64,000 nucleotides of DNA from Eledone cirrhosa (GCA_964016885.1 OZ024751.1:40796001-40860000), one strand, 5' to 3'. Shown: positions 44,853 through 58,574, numbered from the stretch's first letter. Notes: generated by a model not told the origin, from the sequence alone. Program-made: numbers and translations.

Positions 44853-45056
44853 TAGATGGGTCGGGTGAACATTTCATAAGCTGACCAAGATACTCTCATG
44901 GAATGACCAAATGATGTTTTTTTTTTTCAACATAGTCCCTCGAAAGAAATAATGCAGTTATTAACAAGAGTTAAAATTAATGCATGCAAGATTCCACAGC
45001 TCTAGCATCACTCATTTATAGTCAGCCTATGTATGAACGTTTTAGACCACCTCGTA
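44853..45056 (+). mobile_element. Mariner-type MITE, monomeric
   Basis: Degenerate TIRs around a single internal unit. Confidence 0.8.
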
Positions 45057-45595
45057 TATATGTGTGTGTTTTATGTGGGACAATTAATTGATAAATTTCC
45101 TGTGTTTTAATTTTAAATATCGATCACTACCAAATAGGTGTGTTGAAGGGTTTTCTGAATCTATGATGACGTTGTATAGAATTAGTGTTTCTTATAAAAT
45201 TCAGTCCTAATACGTAGTTTAGGCAATAAATTTATATGATTACATTGTTTCTTCTACAGCAAATGGATTTTCTCCTGACAGAGAAATACATTTGGCATTT
45301 TGAGATTTAAAAATAATTTTGTCTAAATAATCAATAAACATCTATAAGAGCATTACATTGTATAAGGACGAGAATGGTTTGGGTAATATTTACATGTGCT
45401 TCCATAAAAATCCATTAATTCCATTTATTGTTATATCAGAGAATTTCGTATATGGAGTATTTCGTAGAATTTAATAGAGATATAAAGAAAGGTTGTAAGA
45501 GATGATGTTGTTGTTATTGTTGTTGCTGCATTTATTGTATAAACATAAATGGGTTAAAGAAATACAGATAAATCAAATATTTTAATGTTACGAAA

Positions 45596-46640
45596 TGTAG
45601 TGTAGAGTATATTGTGTTATAACACAGGCGGGTTGAAGTGTAGAGTATTATAACACAGGTGGGCTGTAGTGTAGTGTAGTATAACACAGATGGGCTGTAG
45701 TGTAGTGTAGTATAACACAGGTGGGCTGTAGTGTAGTGTGTTATAACACAGGCGGGTTGAAGTGTAGAGTATTATAACACAGGTGGGCTGTAGTGTAGTG
45801 TATTATAACACAGGCGGGTTGAAGTGTAGAGTATTATAACACAGGTGGGCTGTAGTGTAGTGTAGTATAACACAGATGGGCTGTAGTGTAGTGTAGTATA
45901 ACACAGGTGGGCTGTAGTGTAGTGTAGTATAACACAGGTGGGCTGTAGTGTAGTGTATTAGAACACAGGTGGGCTGTAGTGTAGTATAACACAGGTGGGC
46001 TGTAGGGTAGTGTAGTATAACACAGGTGGGCTGAAGTGTAGTATAACACAGATGGGCTGTAATGTAGTGTAGTATAACACAGGTGGGCTGTAGTGTAGTG
46101 TAGTATAACACAGGTGGGCTGTAGTGTAGTATAACACAGGTGGGCTGTAATGTAGTGTAGTATAACACAGGTGGGCTGTAGTGTAGTGTAGTATAACACA
46201 GGTGGGCTGTAGTGTAGTATAACACAGATGGGCTGTAGTGTAGTGTAGTATAACACAGGTGGGCTGTAGTGTAGTGTAGTATAACACAGATGGGCTACAG
46301 TATAACACAGGTGGGCTGTAGTGTAGTGTAGTATAACACAGATGGGCTGTAGTGTAGTGTAGTATAACACAGGTGGGCTGTAGTGTAGTGTAGTATAACA
46401 CAGATGGGCTGTAGTGTAGTGTAGTATAACACAGGTGGGCTGTAGTGTAGTGTAGTATAACACAGGTGGGCTGTAGTGTAGTGTAGTATAACACAGGTGG
46501 GCTGTAGTGTAGTGTAGTATAACACAGATGGGCTGTAGTGTAGTGTAGTATAACACAGGTGGGCTGTAGTGTAGTGTAGTATAACACAGGTGGGCTGTAG
46601 TGTAGTGTAGTATAACACAGGTGGGCTGCAGTGTAGTGTT
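45596..46640. repeat. 31-bp minisatellite (GTGTAGTGTAGTATAACACAGGTGGGCTGTA) with 26-bp variants
   Basis: More than 30 units. Confidence 0.95.
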
Positions 46641-46852
46641 ATGTACTATTTCAATAATATCCATGCTTCGAGTAGATGTTGGCTTCTATTATGAAGTTGG
46701 AATTATTCCAACTTTTCAATATCACAGGCTTAAAAGTTTCACCATCTGTAAAGGTTTCTATTGAAGTTGGATCTTACTTCAAATATTGCTACCTTTATTA
46801 CCATTACCTTTATTACTCTTATAAAAACTATTATTAATATCTATACCAAAAG

Positions 46853-46965
46853 GGAGGCGATGAATTGACTGAGTCGTTAGAACGTCGGATAGAATACCTT
46901 GTGGTATTTGTTTCTGTTCTCTGAGTTCAAATCCCGCTGAGGTCAACTTTGCCTTTCATCCATTC
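46853..46965 (+). mobile_element. Older SINE A subfamily, partial
   Basis: GAGTTCAAATCCCGCTGAGGTCAACTTTGCCTTTCATCC. Confidence 0.8.
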
Positions 46966-46979
46966 AAACAAGAATAACA

Positions 46980-47801
46980 ACACCACCACCAACCCCACCA
47001 CCACAACCACCACCACCACCACCACCCACCCACCACTATGACCAACACCAACCACTACGAACCACCACCAACACCACCAACCCCACCACCGCTAAAACCA
47101 ACCACCAACCACCACCACTAAAACCAACCACCAACCACCACCACCACCATCACCAACACCAACCACCACCACCACCACTACCACTACCACCACCACGAAA
47201 ACCAACCACGACCATCACCATCACCAACACCAACCACCACCACCACCACCACCACCACCACTACCACCACCACCACGAAAACCAACCACGACCACCACCA
47301 ACACCAACCACCACCACCACGACCACGACCACGACCACCACCACCACGACCACCACCACCACGACCACCACCACCACGACCACCACCACCACGACCACCA
47401 CCACGACCACCACCACCACCACCACGACCACCACCACCACGACCACCACCACCACGACCACCACCACCACCACCACGACCACCACCACCACGACCACCAC
47501 CACCACCACCACGACCACCACCACCACGACCACCACCACGACCACCACCACCACGACCACCACCACCACGACCACCACCACCACCACCACCACCACCACG
47601 ACCACCACCACCACGACCACCACCACCACCACCACGACCACCACCACCACGACCACCACCACCACCACCGCCACAACCACCACCACCACCACCAAGCCGA
47701 CAGTTTGACAGTCTAATTATGAAATACTTTCATAACAGTCCATTCTCTTATCTCACTTGTGTTCTGAAATGTTGTTATATGGCTGGCTGTTACTTACTAC
47801 C

Positions 47802-47880
<79 letters not shown>

Positions 47881-47881
47881 T

Positions 47882-47946
<65 letters not shown>

Positions 47947-47984
47947 TTACTACCACCACCACCACCACCACTAATACCACCACC

Positions 47985-48054
<70 letters not shown>

Positions 48055-48059
48055 TTACT

Positions 48060-48142
<83 letters not shown>

Positions 48143-48161
48143 CACCACCACCACCACCACC

Positions 48162-48225
<64 letters not shown>

Positions 48226-48226
48226 G

Positions 48227-48296
<70 letters not shown>

Positions 48297-48312
48297 GCTG
48301 ATGCTACTGCTG

Positions 48313-48344
<32 letters not shown>

Positions 48345-48416
48345 GCTGATGCTACTGCTGCTACCACCACCACCACCACCACCACCACCACCACCACCAC
48401 CACCACCACCACCACC

Positions 48417-48479
<63 letters not shown>

Positions 48480-48507
48480 GCTGCTGCTGCTACTACTACT
48501 ACTGCTG

Positions 48508-48601
<94 letters not shown>

Positions 48602-48835
48602 AGCTACTACTATCACCACCACCACCACCTTGAAATCTATTACGTCACGAAGCCAAGTAAAAACTGATATTTTGCTATCATGGTTGCTGCTTGTCATTGA
48701 ATAATATATAATTGTCGTTACCTTTCCTTTCACCACCACCACCACCACCACCACCACCACCATCACCATCACCACCACCATCACCATCACCCCCCACCAT
48801 CACCACCATCACCATCACCATCACCCCCCCCCCCA
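46980..48835. repeat. Compound trinucleotide arrays (ACC/ACG)n and (ACT/ACC/GCT)n
   Basis: Direct reading. Source of the homopolymeric ORFs. Confidence 0.95.
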
Positions 48836-48914
48836 TTATCACTATGCTTTTACTACCAAGAACATCATTTTGGCGACACACACACATACAAACACACACA
48901 TATATATATATATC

Positions 48915-48987
<73 letters not shown>

Positions 48988-48995
<8 letters not shown>

Positions 48996-49026
48996 CATAC
49001 TTACATGTTTACGTTTATAATTTGCT

Positions 49027-49065
<39 letters not shown>

Positions 49066-49091
49066 TTACATGTTTACGTTTATAATTTGCT

Positions 49092-49131
<40 letters not shown>

Positions 49132-49162
49132 AGCAAATTATAAACGTAAACATGTAAGTATG

Positions 49163-49170
<8 letters not shown>
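48988..49170. repeat. Direct plus inverted copies of a ~30-40-bp segment separated by TA tracts
   Basis: CTTACATGTTTACGTTTATAATTTGCTTG twice, then CAAGCAAATTATAAACGTAAACATGTAAG. Confidence 0.9.
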
Positions 49171-49215
<45 letters not shown>

Positions 49216-49341
49216 AAGTTTTATTTAAATTGTTGGGTTACAACGAGTAAATATTTATAACTGATATAAAAGCACTCAATAAGTATTTGGAGTATATTTA
49301 CGATATTAAATAAATGGAAACTATATTTATAAAACCATATT

Positions 49342-49407
49342 TATTTCATTATATATATTTCAGGGATATCATATTAAAAATATGGTATGCCTTCATCAGA
49401 CAAAATA
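49342..49407 (-). ncRNA. Type-I hammerhead ribozyme (mirror copy)
   Basis: Reverse complement of 49590-49655. Confidence 0.8.
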
Positions 49408-49589
49408 CAATATAAACAGTCTTATAAATAGATAGATTTGACATACCTTACAACTTCAACTTCCATTTAAAAAGTTGATTTGGTAGACTACCAAATCAAC
49501 TTTTGGTAGACTACCAAATCAACTTTTTAAATGGAAGTTGAAGTTGTAAGGTATGTCAAATCTATCTATTTATAAGACTGTTTATATTG

Positions 49590-49655
49590 TATTTTGTCTG
49601 ATGAAGGCATACCATATTTTTAATATGATATCCCTGAAATATATATAATGAAATA
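49590..49655 (+). ncRNA. Type-I hammerhead ribozyme, PLE-type with palindromic stem III
   Basis: Stem I UAUUUUGU / AUGAAAUA; CUGAUGA 49598-49604; stem II AGGcAUAcCAUAUU-uuu-AAUAUGaUAUcCCU; GAAA 49636-49639; stem III UAUAUA; predicted cut after AUA at 49647. Confidence 0.82.
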
Positions 49656-49695
49656 AATATGGTTTTATAAATATAGTTTCCATTTATTTAATATC

Positions 49696-49808
<113 letters not shown>

Positions 49809-49852
49809 CATACACACACATATATATATATATATATATAAATACATACATA

Positions 49853-49883
<31 letters not shown>

Positions 49884-49887
49884 ACAT

Positions 49888-49980
<93 letters not shown>

Positions 49981-50107
49981 CATACACATATATATATATA
50001 TATGAAAAATATGGGGGAGAAGAATACTGCATGGTTGCACATGGATAACATGTTATAAAATGAGTCCCTCATCAGTGATTTGCCAACGATCATTGGTATT
50101 TCATCGC

Positions 50108-50180
<73 letters not shown>

Positions 50181-50254
50181 ATGTAAAAGTTCTATTTAAA
50201 TTGTTGGGATACAACAAGCAAATATTTTTATAACTGATATAAAGCATTCAGAGA

Positions 50255-51205
50255 GACATACACAGACACAGACATACACAGACATACACAGACATACACA
50301 GACATACACAGACATACACAGACACAGACATACACAGACATACACAGACATACACAGACATACACAGACATACACAGAGACAGACATACACAGACATACA
50401 CAGACATACACAGACATACACAGACATACACACGCAGACACATACAGAGACACAGACACAGACATGCACACGCTGACACATACAGAGACACAAACACAGA
50501 CATACACATGCAGACACATACAGAGACACAAACACAGACATACACACGCTGACACATACAGAGACACAAACACAGACATACACACGCTGACACATACAGA
50601 GACACAAACACAGACATACACATGCAGACACATACAGAGACACAAACACAGACATACACATGCAGACACATACAGAGACACAAACACAGACATACACACG
50701 CTGACACATACAGAGACACAAACACAGACATACACACGCTGACACATACAGAGACACAAACACAGACATACACATGCAGACACATACAGAGACACAAACA
50801 CAGACATACACATGCAGACACATACAGAGACACAAACACAGACATACACACGCTGACACATACAGAGACACAAACACAGACATACACACGCTGACACATA
50901 CAGAGACACAAACACAGACATACACATGCAGACACATACAGAGACACAAACACAGACATACACATGCAGACACATACAGAGACACAAACACAGACATACA
51001 CACGCTGACACATACAGAGACACAAACACAGACATACACACGCTGACACATACAGAGACACAAACACAGACATACACATGCAGACACATACAGAGACACA
51101 AACACAGACATACACACGCTGACACATACAGAGACACAAACACAGACATACACACGCTGACACATACAGAGACACAAACAGATACACACAGCGACACACA
51201 GAGAC
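50255..51205. repeat. 10-bp then 38-bp ACAG/ACAC satellite with a 152-bp higher-order period
   Basis: CATGCAGA and CACGCTGA unit variants alternate in pairs. ORF starts recur at 50622, 50774 and 50926. Confidence 0.92.
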
Positions 51206-51271
51206 ACATTCATTATCTGTGATTTTACAAGCAGAAATATTAGATAAATTATATTGACACAGTGCCATATA

Positions 51272-51495
51272 TCGATTTCTAATATAGGAACAAGGCCAAC
51301 ACATTTTTTGGGTGGTTGGGGGTGATTAATTAAATCAACCCCAGTATTTGACTGGTACGATTTTTAGCGATCCCGAGAGAAAAATGAAAAGCAAATTTGA
51401 CCATGGTAGGATTTGAACTCAGAATGTAAAGAGCCAGAAGAAACACCGCAATGACAGTTTAGCCGTCGCTCTACCGATTCTGTTAATCCACCACA
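51272..51495 (-). mobile_element. SINE A, diverged long variant
   Basis: GGATTTGAACTCAG and the reverse-complement core. Confidence 0.8.
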
Positions 51496-51642
51496 CTTCC
51501 TAATGCCACATACCCTGTGTATGGAAATTTGAATTTTTTTGTATCGATCTCTATAGAAACATTGAAGAGGTTGAATGTAAGTTTATCGAACGTACGTATG
51601 TCAACTTCTTCAAGATTTCTCCACATGCACCTGTCTCAGTAT

Positions 51643-52776
51643 TTTTCTTCTTCTTCGCCCACTTATTCCCGAGAGGGTCGTGGGGGCAGACTCCTCCTCA
51701 AACATTCCTTCCAGCAGGTCCTGTCAAAAGTAACCATCAAAAGTGACTCTCCAGTGATTCTTTCCTCAGACATTCTAACCACATGCCCATAGTATCTGAG
51801 CTGTGATCTCTCAATTCGGAGAAGTAGCGGCTCTACCTGGAGTGACTCTCCAGTGATTCTTTCCTCAGACATTCTAACCACATGCCTATAGTATCTGAGC
51901 TGTGATCTCTCAATTCGGAGAAGTAGCGGCTCTACCTGGAGTGACTCTCCAGTGATTCTTTCCTCAGACATTCTAACCACATGCCTATAGTATCTGAGCT
52001 GTGATCTCTCAATTCGGAGAAGTAGTGGCTCTACCTGGAGTGACTCTCCAGTGATTCTTTCCTCAGACATTCTAACCACATGCCTATAGTATCTGAGCTG
52101 TGATCTCTCAATTCGGAGAAGTAGCGGCTCTACCTGGAGTGACTCTCCAGTGATTCTTTCCTCAGACATTCTAACCACATGCCTATAGTATCTGAGCTGT
52201 GATCTCTCAATTCGGAGAAGTAGTGGCTCTACCTGGAGTGACTCTCCAGTGATTCTTTCCTCAGACATTCTAACCACATGCTTATAGTATCTGAGCTGTG
52301 ATCTCTCAATTCGGAGAAGTAGCAGCTCTACCTGGAGTGACTCTCCAGTGATTCTTTCCTCAGACATTCTAACCACATGCTTATAGTATCTGAGCTGTGA
52401 TCTCTCAATTCGGAGAAGTAGTGGCTCTACCTGGAGTGACTCTCCAGTGATTCTTTCCTCAGACATTCTAACCACATGCCTATAGTATCTGAGCTGTGAT
52501 CTCTCAATTCGGAGAAGTAGCGGCTCTACCTGGAGTGACTCTCCAGTGATTCTTTCCTCAGACATTCTAACCACATGCCTATAGTATCTGAGCTGTGATC
52601 TCTCAATTCGGAGAAGTAGCGGCTCTACCTGGAGTGACTCTCCAGTGATTCTTTCCTCAGACATTCTAACCACATGCCTATAGTATCTGAGCTGTGATAT
52701 CTCAATTCGGAGAAGTAGTGGCTCTACCTGGAGTGACTTTCCAGTGATTCTTTCCTCAGACATTCTAACCACATGC
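51643..52776 (-). mobile_element. 5'-truncated RTE LINE containing ~10.4 in-frame copies of a 99-bp ORF segment
   Basis: Unit LQVEPLLLRIERSQLRYYxHVVRMSEERIT resembles the RTE post-RT motif RxQLRWxGHVxRM. It ends PPRPSRE* plus (GAA)n, with an imperfect TSD CCACATGCAC.CTGTCYCAGTA (51621 and 52769). Confidence 0.9.
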
Positions 52777-53629
52777 ACGCTGTCCCAGTACTTTATTTAA
52801 TTTAATAAAACAAATTCTAAAAATATAGGTAGAGGGATATTTAACGGTTCTCACAGATGTTTTTAAAAAAAATATTTCAAGTATGAGTTACTCATGTATT
52901 ATTAATTAAATTAAATTAAGAAACGAACATTCCGTGTGTAATGGTTAACATGAAAGAGTAGTATAATGTTTATATGATTATACATTTTCGGACAATTAAC
53001 CTCGACTTCAGAGATGCAGAACTTTCAATGTTAAGAAAATTGGCCTCAAACGTAATAGAAACCGGAAGCTAAAAGTTTTTGCTTGTCACGTGGGGTATGG
53101 TGAAATATTGAGATGTGACAGCTATGGCATAACGCACTCATCCGTGAAAATCTGTTTAATACGCATGTGTTTAGATTCAGTCTAATGAGTATGGTGCTTC
53201 TGCTGTCTTTTGTTCTTTATTTTGATATTTTCTGACACGGTAATACAACTTATTCCATTATTTTTTTTAAAGTTACCCATTTAAATGTCTTTTTTTCAAC
53301 TTGTTATATAATCTCCCACGTGACAATACTGGAAGATCTAAACATTGCTAAGTTATAAATGGTGTTAGTGATATTCTTTTATGTATGACAGCTATTCTTG
53401 TTGTTACACTGGTTATTAGGGGCACTACTGTCTATATTACTTATCCCTATTGTATCTATGGATACTTAACTCCTAGTCGAGTCGTAGGGGCGCCGTAGTG
53501 ACTCATGACGTGTTTTGGGCATTTTAAATCTGGCGTAATGCACCTAATTTCTAGGTCTGAACAGACTTGATTTCTTCCAGAGAAGGGAAGAGAGAGTGAT
53601 AGAGAGGAAGTGAGGAAGAGATATAGAGG

Positions 53630-53792
53630 AACAATCGACCCTAGTATATGGTAGCTACATTCTTTTTATCAACCTTGAAAGGATCAAAGGCAAAGTTGAC
53701 CTCGACGGGTTTTGAATTCAGAGATCAGAGATCCTGAACGAATATCACAATATACTATCTAATGTTGCAGCAATTCTACTGATTTGACACCT
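53630..53792 (-). mobile_element. Older SINE A copy
   Basis: GAAAGGATCAAAGGCAAAGTTGACCTCG. Confidence 0.7.
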
Positions 53793-54958
53793 CATCTATC
53801 ACAAGGTTTTCCGCCAACTCTGCCAGTAAACCCCAAATGGCATTTTCGATGCTTCCAATATTGAGCGCTATCTATTTGACGTAATATAAAATATTTATAT
53901 TTTCAAATATGAAAAATTGCTTTGTTGATAACATAATCTGAAGCTGCACCAATAAGATGTAGGCTTAAGTCCAATCTTGCGACATAAATTTCCTTTTATT
54001 TCTTCTTTATCTATTTAATGGCCACATTTACATTAACTATATAGAAATGTATTATTCAAACCATCGCCATTATTGCTTAGATACCACTGATCAAATTTTA
54101 ACTTTAAAAAAAAATGCAAAAAAAAAGACTACTCGACAAAACTGGGTTTCATTACACATTTAAATCATATTTGACATCCGAACAAAATAATTGAAAAGGC
54201 CACAAAGTATTTGAGTTAAGTAAAAATAGTATCAGTTTCGTAAAGAATTGAAGATGAGCGATAGGAAGATATATACCAATTTGTTAACATAATTGCTCGG
54301 CAGTATGCCACTTATCTACAGTCAAAATAAATTTAAAATGAAGGGATTCCTAACTGAATGTATACTTTTGATCTTTATGCTGTAATAGATAGTAAGCATC
54401 AGAATGCAAAGTAGACATAAAGAAAAAGGTCAGCCTGGTGGTAAGTGACAGACTATCAGTATAGTGATAGTTGCAGTTGAGTTAATAACGGTGTCAAACT
54501 ACCACCGGAGGATCAACGATTTATATCCTGTCACGGGTCTTTCCATACCACCCCCGTAAAGTACTCACACCCCACCCACACCAATAGTCCAACCCAGTTA
54601 GCTATAAATAGAAATAACGTGAGATTCACTGTGAATATTTTAATGAATTTTATTAGAACTGCAGGTATGGCTACACGGTTAAAGGGTTCATTTTGTAACT
54701 GCTCAGTTTCGGGTTCCTTCCTACTCCGTGGCACCTTAAGCAAGTGTCCCCTACTATAGTCCCGGGTTGATTAATGCTTTGTGAGTGAAATTCGATAGAT
54801 GGGAACTGCGGAGGCCCGTCGAAGCGTTAAGACGTTTTTCCTACAATAACAAGCGTTAAACTAATATATTTTTTCATTGTACTGTGTCGTTTGCTTTGTT
54901 GTTTCTGTTTATTTTCTGCATATATATTATATATATTAGAAAGTGAACAACACAAAAT

Positions 54959-55040
54959 ATAACTACTCCATTACCAAAGGTTTCTGGTTCCCAGACAATA
55001 TTAATATACGTCTGGATCGGTCATCAGACAGAGATGTTAT
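54959..55040 (-). ncRNA. Degenerate type-I hammerhead candidate
   Basis: Minus strand: CUCUGU-CUGAUGA-ccgauCCAGAC..GUCUGGgaacca-GAAA-CC uuu GG-UA-AUGGAG. Stems I and III pair but the base of stem II does not. Confidence 0.55.
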
Positions 55041-55042
55041 GG

Positions 55043-55080
<38 letters not shown>

Positions 55081-55086
<6 letters not shown>

Positions 55087-55287
55087 GAAGGAAATGTGGT
55101 AAGAAACCAGGTGGACCATAACACACCAAAGTACTCAATACTTGGGGTAGTAGAGTGGGTAATAGGAAACAGTAAGACCCCGACGGCTGAGCTCAAGCCG
55201 TTTCGACGGCTAATTCTGGAATTAGCCGTCCAGAATTAGCCGTCGAAACGGCTTGAGCTCAGCCGTCGGGGTCTTACTGGTTCCTAT
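55081..55287 (-). mobile_element. PLE-like 'GACCCCGACGGC' family insert with 58-bp inverted arms and ~80-nt tail
   Basis: Arms 55162-55219 / 55230-55287 with one mismatch. TA flanks both sides. Confidence 0.8.
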
Positions 55288-55844
55288 ATATATATATATG
55301 CTCGCACGCACACACATATGTGCGTGCGTACCTGTGTTTACGTTTGTGCTTACTGTTTTTTTAATTATGTAACATAGCGGTTCGAGACGGTATGGTTTAT
55401 ATGATCGACTAAATATATAGTTAATCTGGTGCCCCAGCATAGCCATAATCTATTGACAGAAACCTGTAAAAGAATGTTATTATAGCAAATGCAAGTCTTG
55501 TCTATATTTTCTCTGAGGGGAAAATTGTTTAGTTTATTCAATTTAACATATCTACTTAGTATTTGAAACACCTCGGAATATGAAGCAACATTTTTCGATT
55601 TGCTTTAAAATGTCTAATGTGAATTTCATTGCTTTGTGTAGTAATATCAGTGGTCATGACAGGAAACAGAGAAATGTTAGCCTCCAACATAAGATGATTA
55701 GTTATATGCTGTTAGGAACTTGTTGATTTATGCTTTTAATATACTGTCTGCCAATAAGTCTATTGCAATGAGTTAACAATCTCCATTCTTCCATACCTAC
55801 ACACATACGTAATATCCTTTTGTATTATAAAACAAAGGGCAAGG

Positions 55845-56010
55845 CGGCGAATTGTCAGAAACGTTAGAACATTGGATAGAATCTTTTGCAGTATTCGTTC
55901 TGGCTCTCTGAGCTCTGAGTTTAAAACCCACCAAGATCAACTTTGCGTTTCACTCTTTCGAGGTCGGTCGATATAAAAAGGACCAGTCCAGTACTGGTGT
56001 CGATTTTTAC
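55845..56010 (+). mobile_element. Older SINE A copy
   Basis: Degenerate head plus CTTTCGAGGTCG..GATATAAAAAGGACCAG. Confidence 0.65.
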
Positions 56011-57700
56011 TTTGTATCTCTTTGTCACTTCCTCTCTACCACACACATTCTTCTTCTTTTTTAGGCGAAACTGGCTCCCACATCACGACGAGGAGTGCTT
56101 TATCCTGCTTACACCATTTGTTATTAATTGGAGTATTGCAATTGGAGTATTGCAAACACAATCATAACTACCTATTAATCAAACATTTAACAACACTACG
56201 TAAATACTTGTATAGAATTGAAAATGTAAAGTGAAAACATTGGTATAGTAGGTGTGGGTAGGTAATGTAGGGGGAGGTAATTATAATGTAATACTATAGT
56301 AGTAACATCTTCTTGTTGACCATTCGTGACAGTTATATTAGTGTTATCATAGTTTAACAACGAGAAGATGTATTCATGACTAAAATTTCTGATACTGTAT
56401 AAATAACATTATAGGTATGAATTTATAGTTCTTAATTATAACACAATAGTGACGCTATATTAAAGATTTCTTTTGATATAGCTATGAAATCTGCAGTTTA
56501 ACCTTTAAACCTTTTATGTTTTCGAAACGTTAGGATAAAAAGGAAAAACAAAAAGAAAAGAAAGAAAGAAAATGTTTTCTCAGTGTTATAATTCTAACGT
56601 CCTTTGTAAACACGACTTGGTATGTTTACAAGAATCATTGAACACAATATTTCGCCTGAAATGGTGTGCTTACTTTTGAATAACCTCCAACTATTATCGA
56701 TGAGTAATAATGAAAGACAACTTACCTAAATCAATATTTGCTTGATATGAGAAAAATCTATTGATGGAAATCAAACTCATGCGGTCTGATGAAATAATGA
56801 TAGATATGGCAGCATTTTAAGATGAATTGGAAACTGTTATAGAAGCCAAATGAACCTCACCTCTATTGTTCACATCACTTGTGATGATTAGCTAGCTGTA
56901 TTTGAAAAGATGAAAGAATGAATGGCACGAACGGTCCACAATGAGATTTATTGCGAGATAGCTAAATATTTTACCACAACTGACAGTTAAACGTAATTAA
57001 CATGAAAAATAAAACTGAAAAGAATAATAAATAAAGAAAACAATAATGAAAATAAAATAGAATCAAATAAAATAAAATAAGCGGGCGAAAAATCTGTAAA
57101 CATTTTAATGAGCTGTCTAAATGTTAATTGAAGTTTTATCTGTTTAAAGTTTTGTATCGAATGGTATTTGAAAGCCATAAAATGGTGATTGATCCCAGTG
57201 AGGCGAAGCTGATTCCTGGTTACTTAGCCAACGAATTTTGGAAAGGGATAAATCTCCTATCATCACAATTCTTAATGTAGTTTGTTTGTTTCACACTAGA
57301 CCTTGATTAAAAGACCGGTGAGAATGTCTTTTATAGACAAGCTAACATTTTACTGATGTCTTATTGAAGATGAAAGTGTTCAGTGTTAAAAAAACAACAA
57401 CAACAAACAACTAGCAAGGAACTGACAGAATCATTAGAGCGTCGAATAGAACGTCTTGTGACGTTCGTTTCAACTCTCTGCTCCTCTGAGTTCAAATTTT
57501 ACCATGCCTAACTTTGCCTTGCCATTTACCCATTAGAGGGTGTGTGTGCTAATTTATCATATCTCGGAATAAGCTACATGAAAAGGGTCAAACATAACAC
57601 TACATGAAATGGGTCAAACATAGCACTTTTACATGGAAGCGGTACCATTGCTATCACCACAACTATATCTGGGCACGGCTAGACAATAAAGAAAGAAAGA

Positions 57701-57775
<75 letters not shown>

Positions 57776-57898
57776 GGAGGTGAGTTTTGTTGTAGTACAA
57801 TAAAGCAATGCAGATATCGGATAAGAAGCACTCTACAGTTTGTAGGACTGGAGTATACATAATATAGAAGATCAAAAGATGGTTAAAGGAGTTCCATG

Positions 57899-57966
57899 TA
57901 TTTTATTATGCGCATTTCAAAAACAAACATCATGCAATAATATTTGTGTTTTCATCAGATAAAACA
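57899..57966 (-). ncRNA. Type-I hammerhead ribozyme (mirror copy)
   Basis: Reverse complement of 58094-58161. Confidence 0.83.
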
Positions 57967-58093
57967 GGAGGACATGATATGAAGGCTAAAAAACACGTGT
58001 GGATAGTTCAGTTTTAAATCAACATATAATTGATATGTTGATTTAAAACTGAACTATCCACACGTGTTTTTTAGCCTTCATATCATGTCCTCC

Positions 58094-58161
58094 TGTTTTA
58101 TCTGATGAAAACACAAATATTATTGCATGATGTTTGTTTTTGAAATGCGCATAATAAAATA
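58094..58161 (+). ncRNA. Type-I hammerhead ribozyme, PLE-type with palindromic stem III
   Basis: Stem I UGUUUUAU / AUAAAAUA; CUGAUGA 58102-58108; 15-position stem II AAAcACAAAUAUUAU-ugc-AUGAUGUUUGUuUUU; GAAA 58142-58145; stem III UGCGCA; predicted cut after AUA at 58153. Confidence 0.87.
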
Positions 58162-58191
58162 CATGGAACTCCTTTAACCATCTTTTGATCT

Positions 58192-58237
<46 letters not shown>

Positions 58238-58239
<2 letters not shown>

Positions 58240-58327
58240 GGGGGAGTGTTGTACTCTCAGTCGCTTCACGCCATGAAATCGGGATAAGCACCGGCCAAAT
58301 GACCCTTCTGGCTTAAGACAGACTTTA
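58238..58327 (+). mobile_element. 3' end of a V-SINE-like element
   Basis: GTACTCTCAGTCGCTTCACGCCATGAAATCGGGATAAGCACCGG, homologous to the reverse complement of 59930-60010. Confidence 0.65.
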
Positions 58328-58340
58328 GATATATATATAT

Positions 58341-58534
58341 ATAGGAAAAAGCATGACCCCGACGGCAGAGCTCAAGCCGTTTCGACGGCTATTTCTAGTG
58401 CAGAAATAGCCGTCGAAACGGCTTGGGCTCTGCCGTCGGGGTCATACTTTTTCCTATTACCCACTCTACTACCCTAAGTATTGAGTACTCTGGTGCGTTA
58501 TGGTCCACCTGGTTCCTTACCACATTTCCTTCGT

Positions 58535-58535
<1 letters not shown>
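58341..58535 (+). mobile_element. PLE-like 'GACCCCGACGGC' family insert with 56-bp inverted arms and ~78-nt tail
   Basis: Arms 58341-58396 / 58402-58457 with two mismatches. TA flanks both sides. Confidence 0.8.

Positions 58536-58574
<39 letters not shown>

Larger units (their letters stand above)
57772..58201 (-). mobile_element. Penelope-like pLTR remnant: 160-bp inverted arms (57868-58027 / 58033-58192) plus ~95-nt tail, in (TA)n
   Basis: 5-nt spacer AATTG, a hammerhead in each arm and TA on both sides. Confidence 0.82.

Noticed and set aside
53083-53326. 12-bp inverted pair TTGTCACGTGGG / CCCACGTGACAA
   Set aside because: Too short, no TSD and no second copy. It could be a MITE relic or E-boxes but that cannot be supported.
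55162-58457. All palindromes being sequencing or assembly fold-back artefacts
   Set aside because: Arms at 55 kb and 58.3 kb carry mismatches, endpoints recur between loci and decayed relatives exist. The artefact explanation is not excluded for the perfect palindromes.
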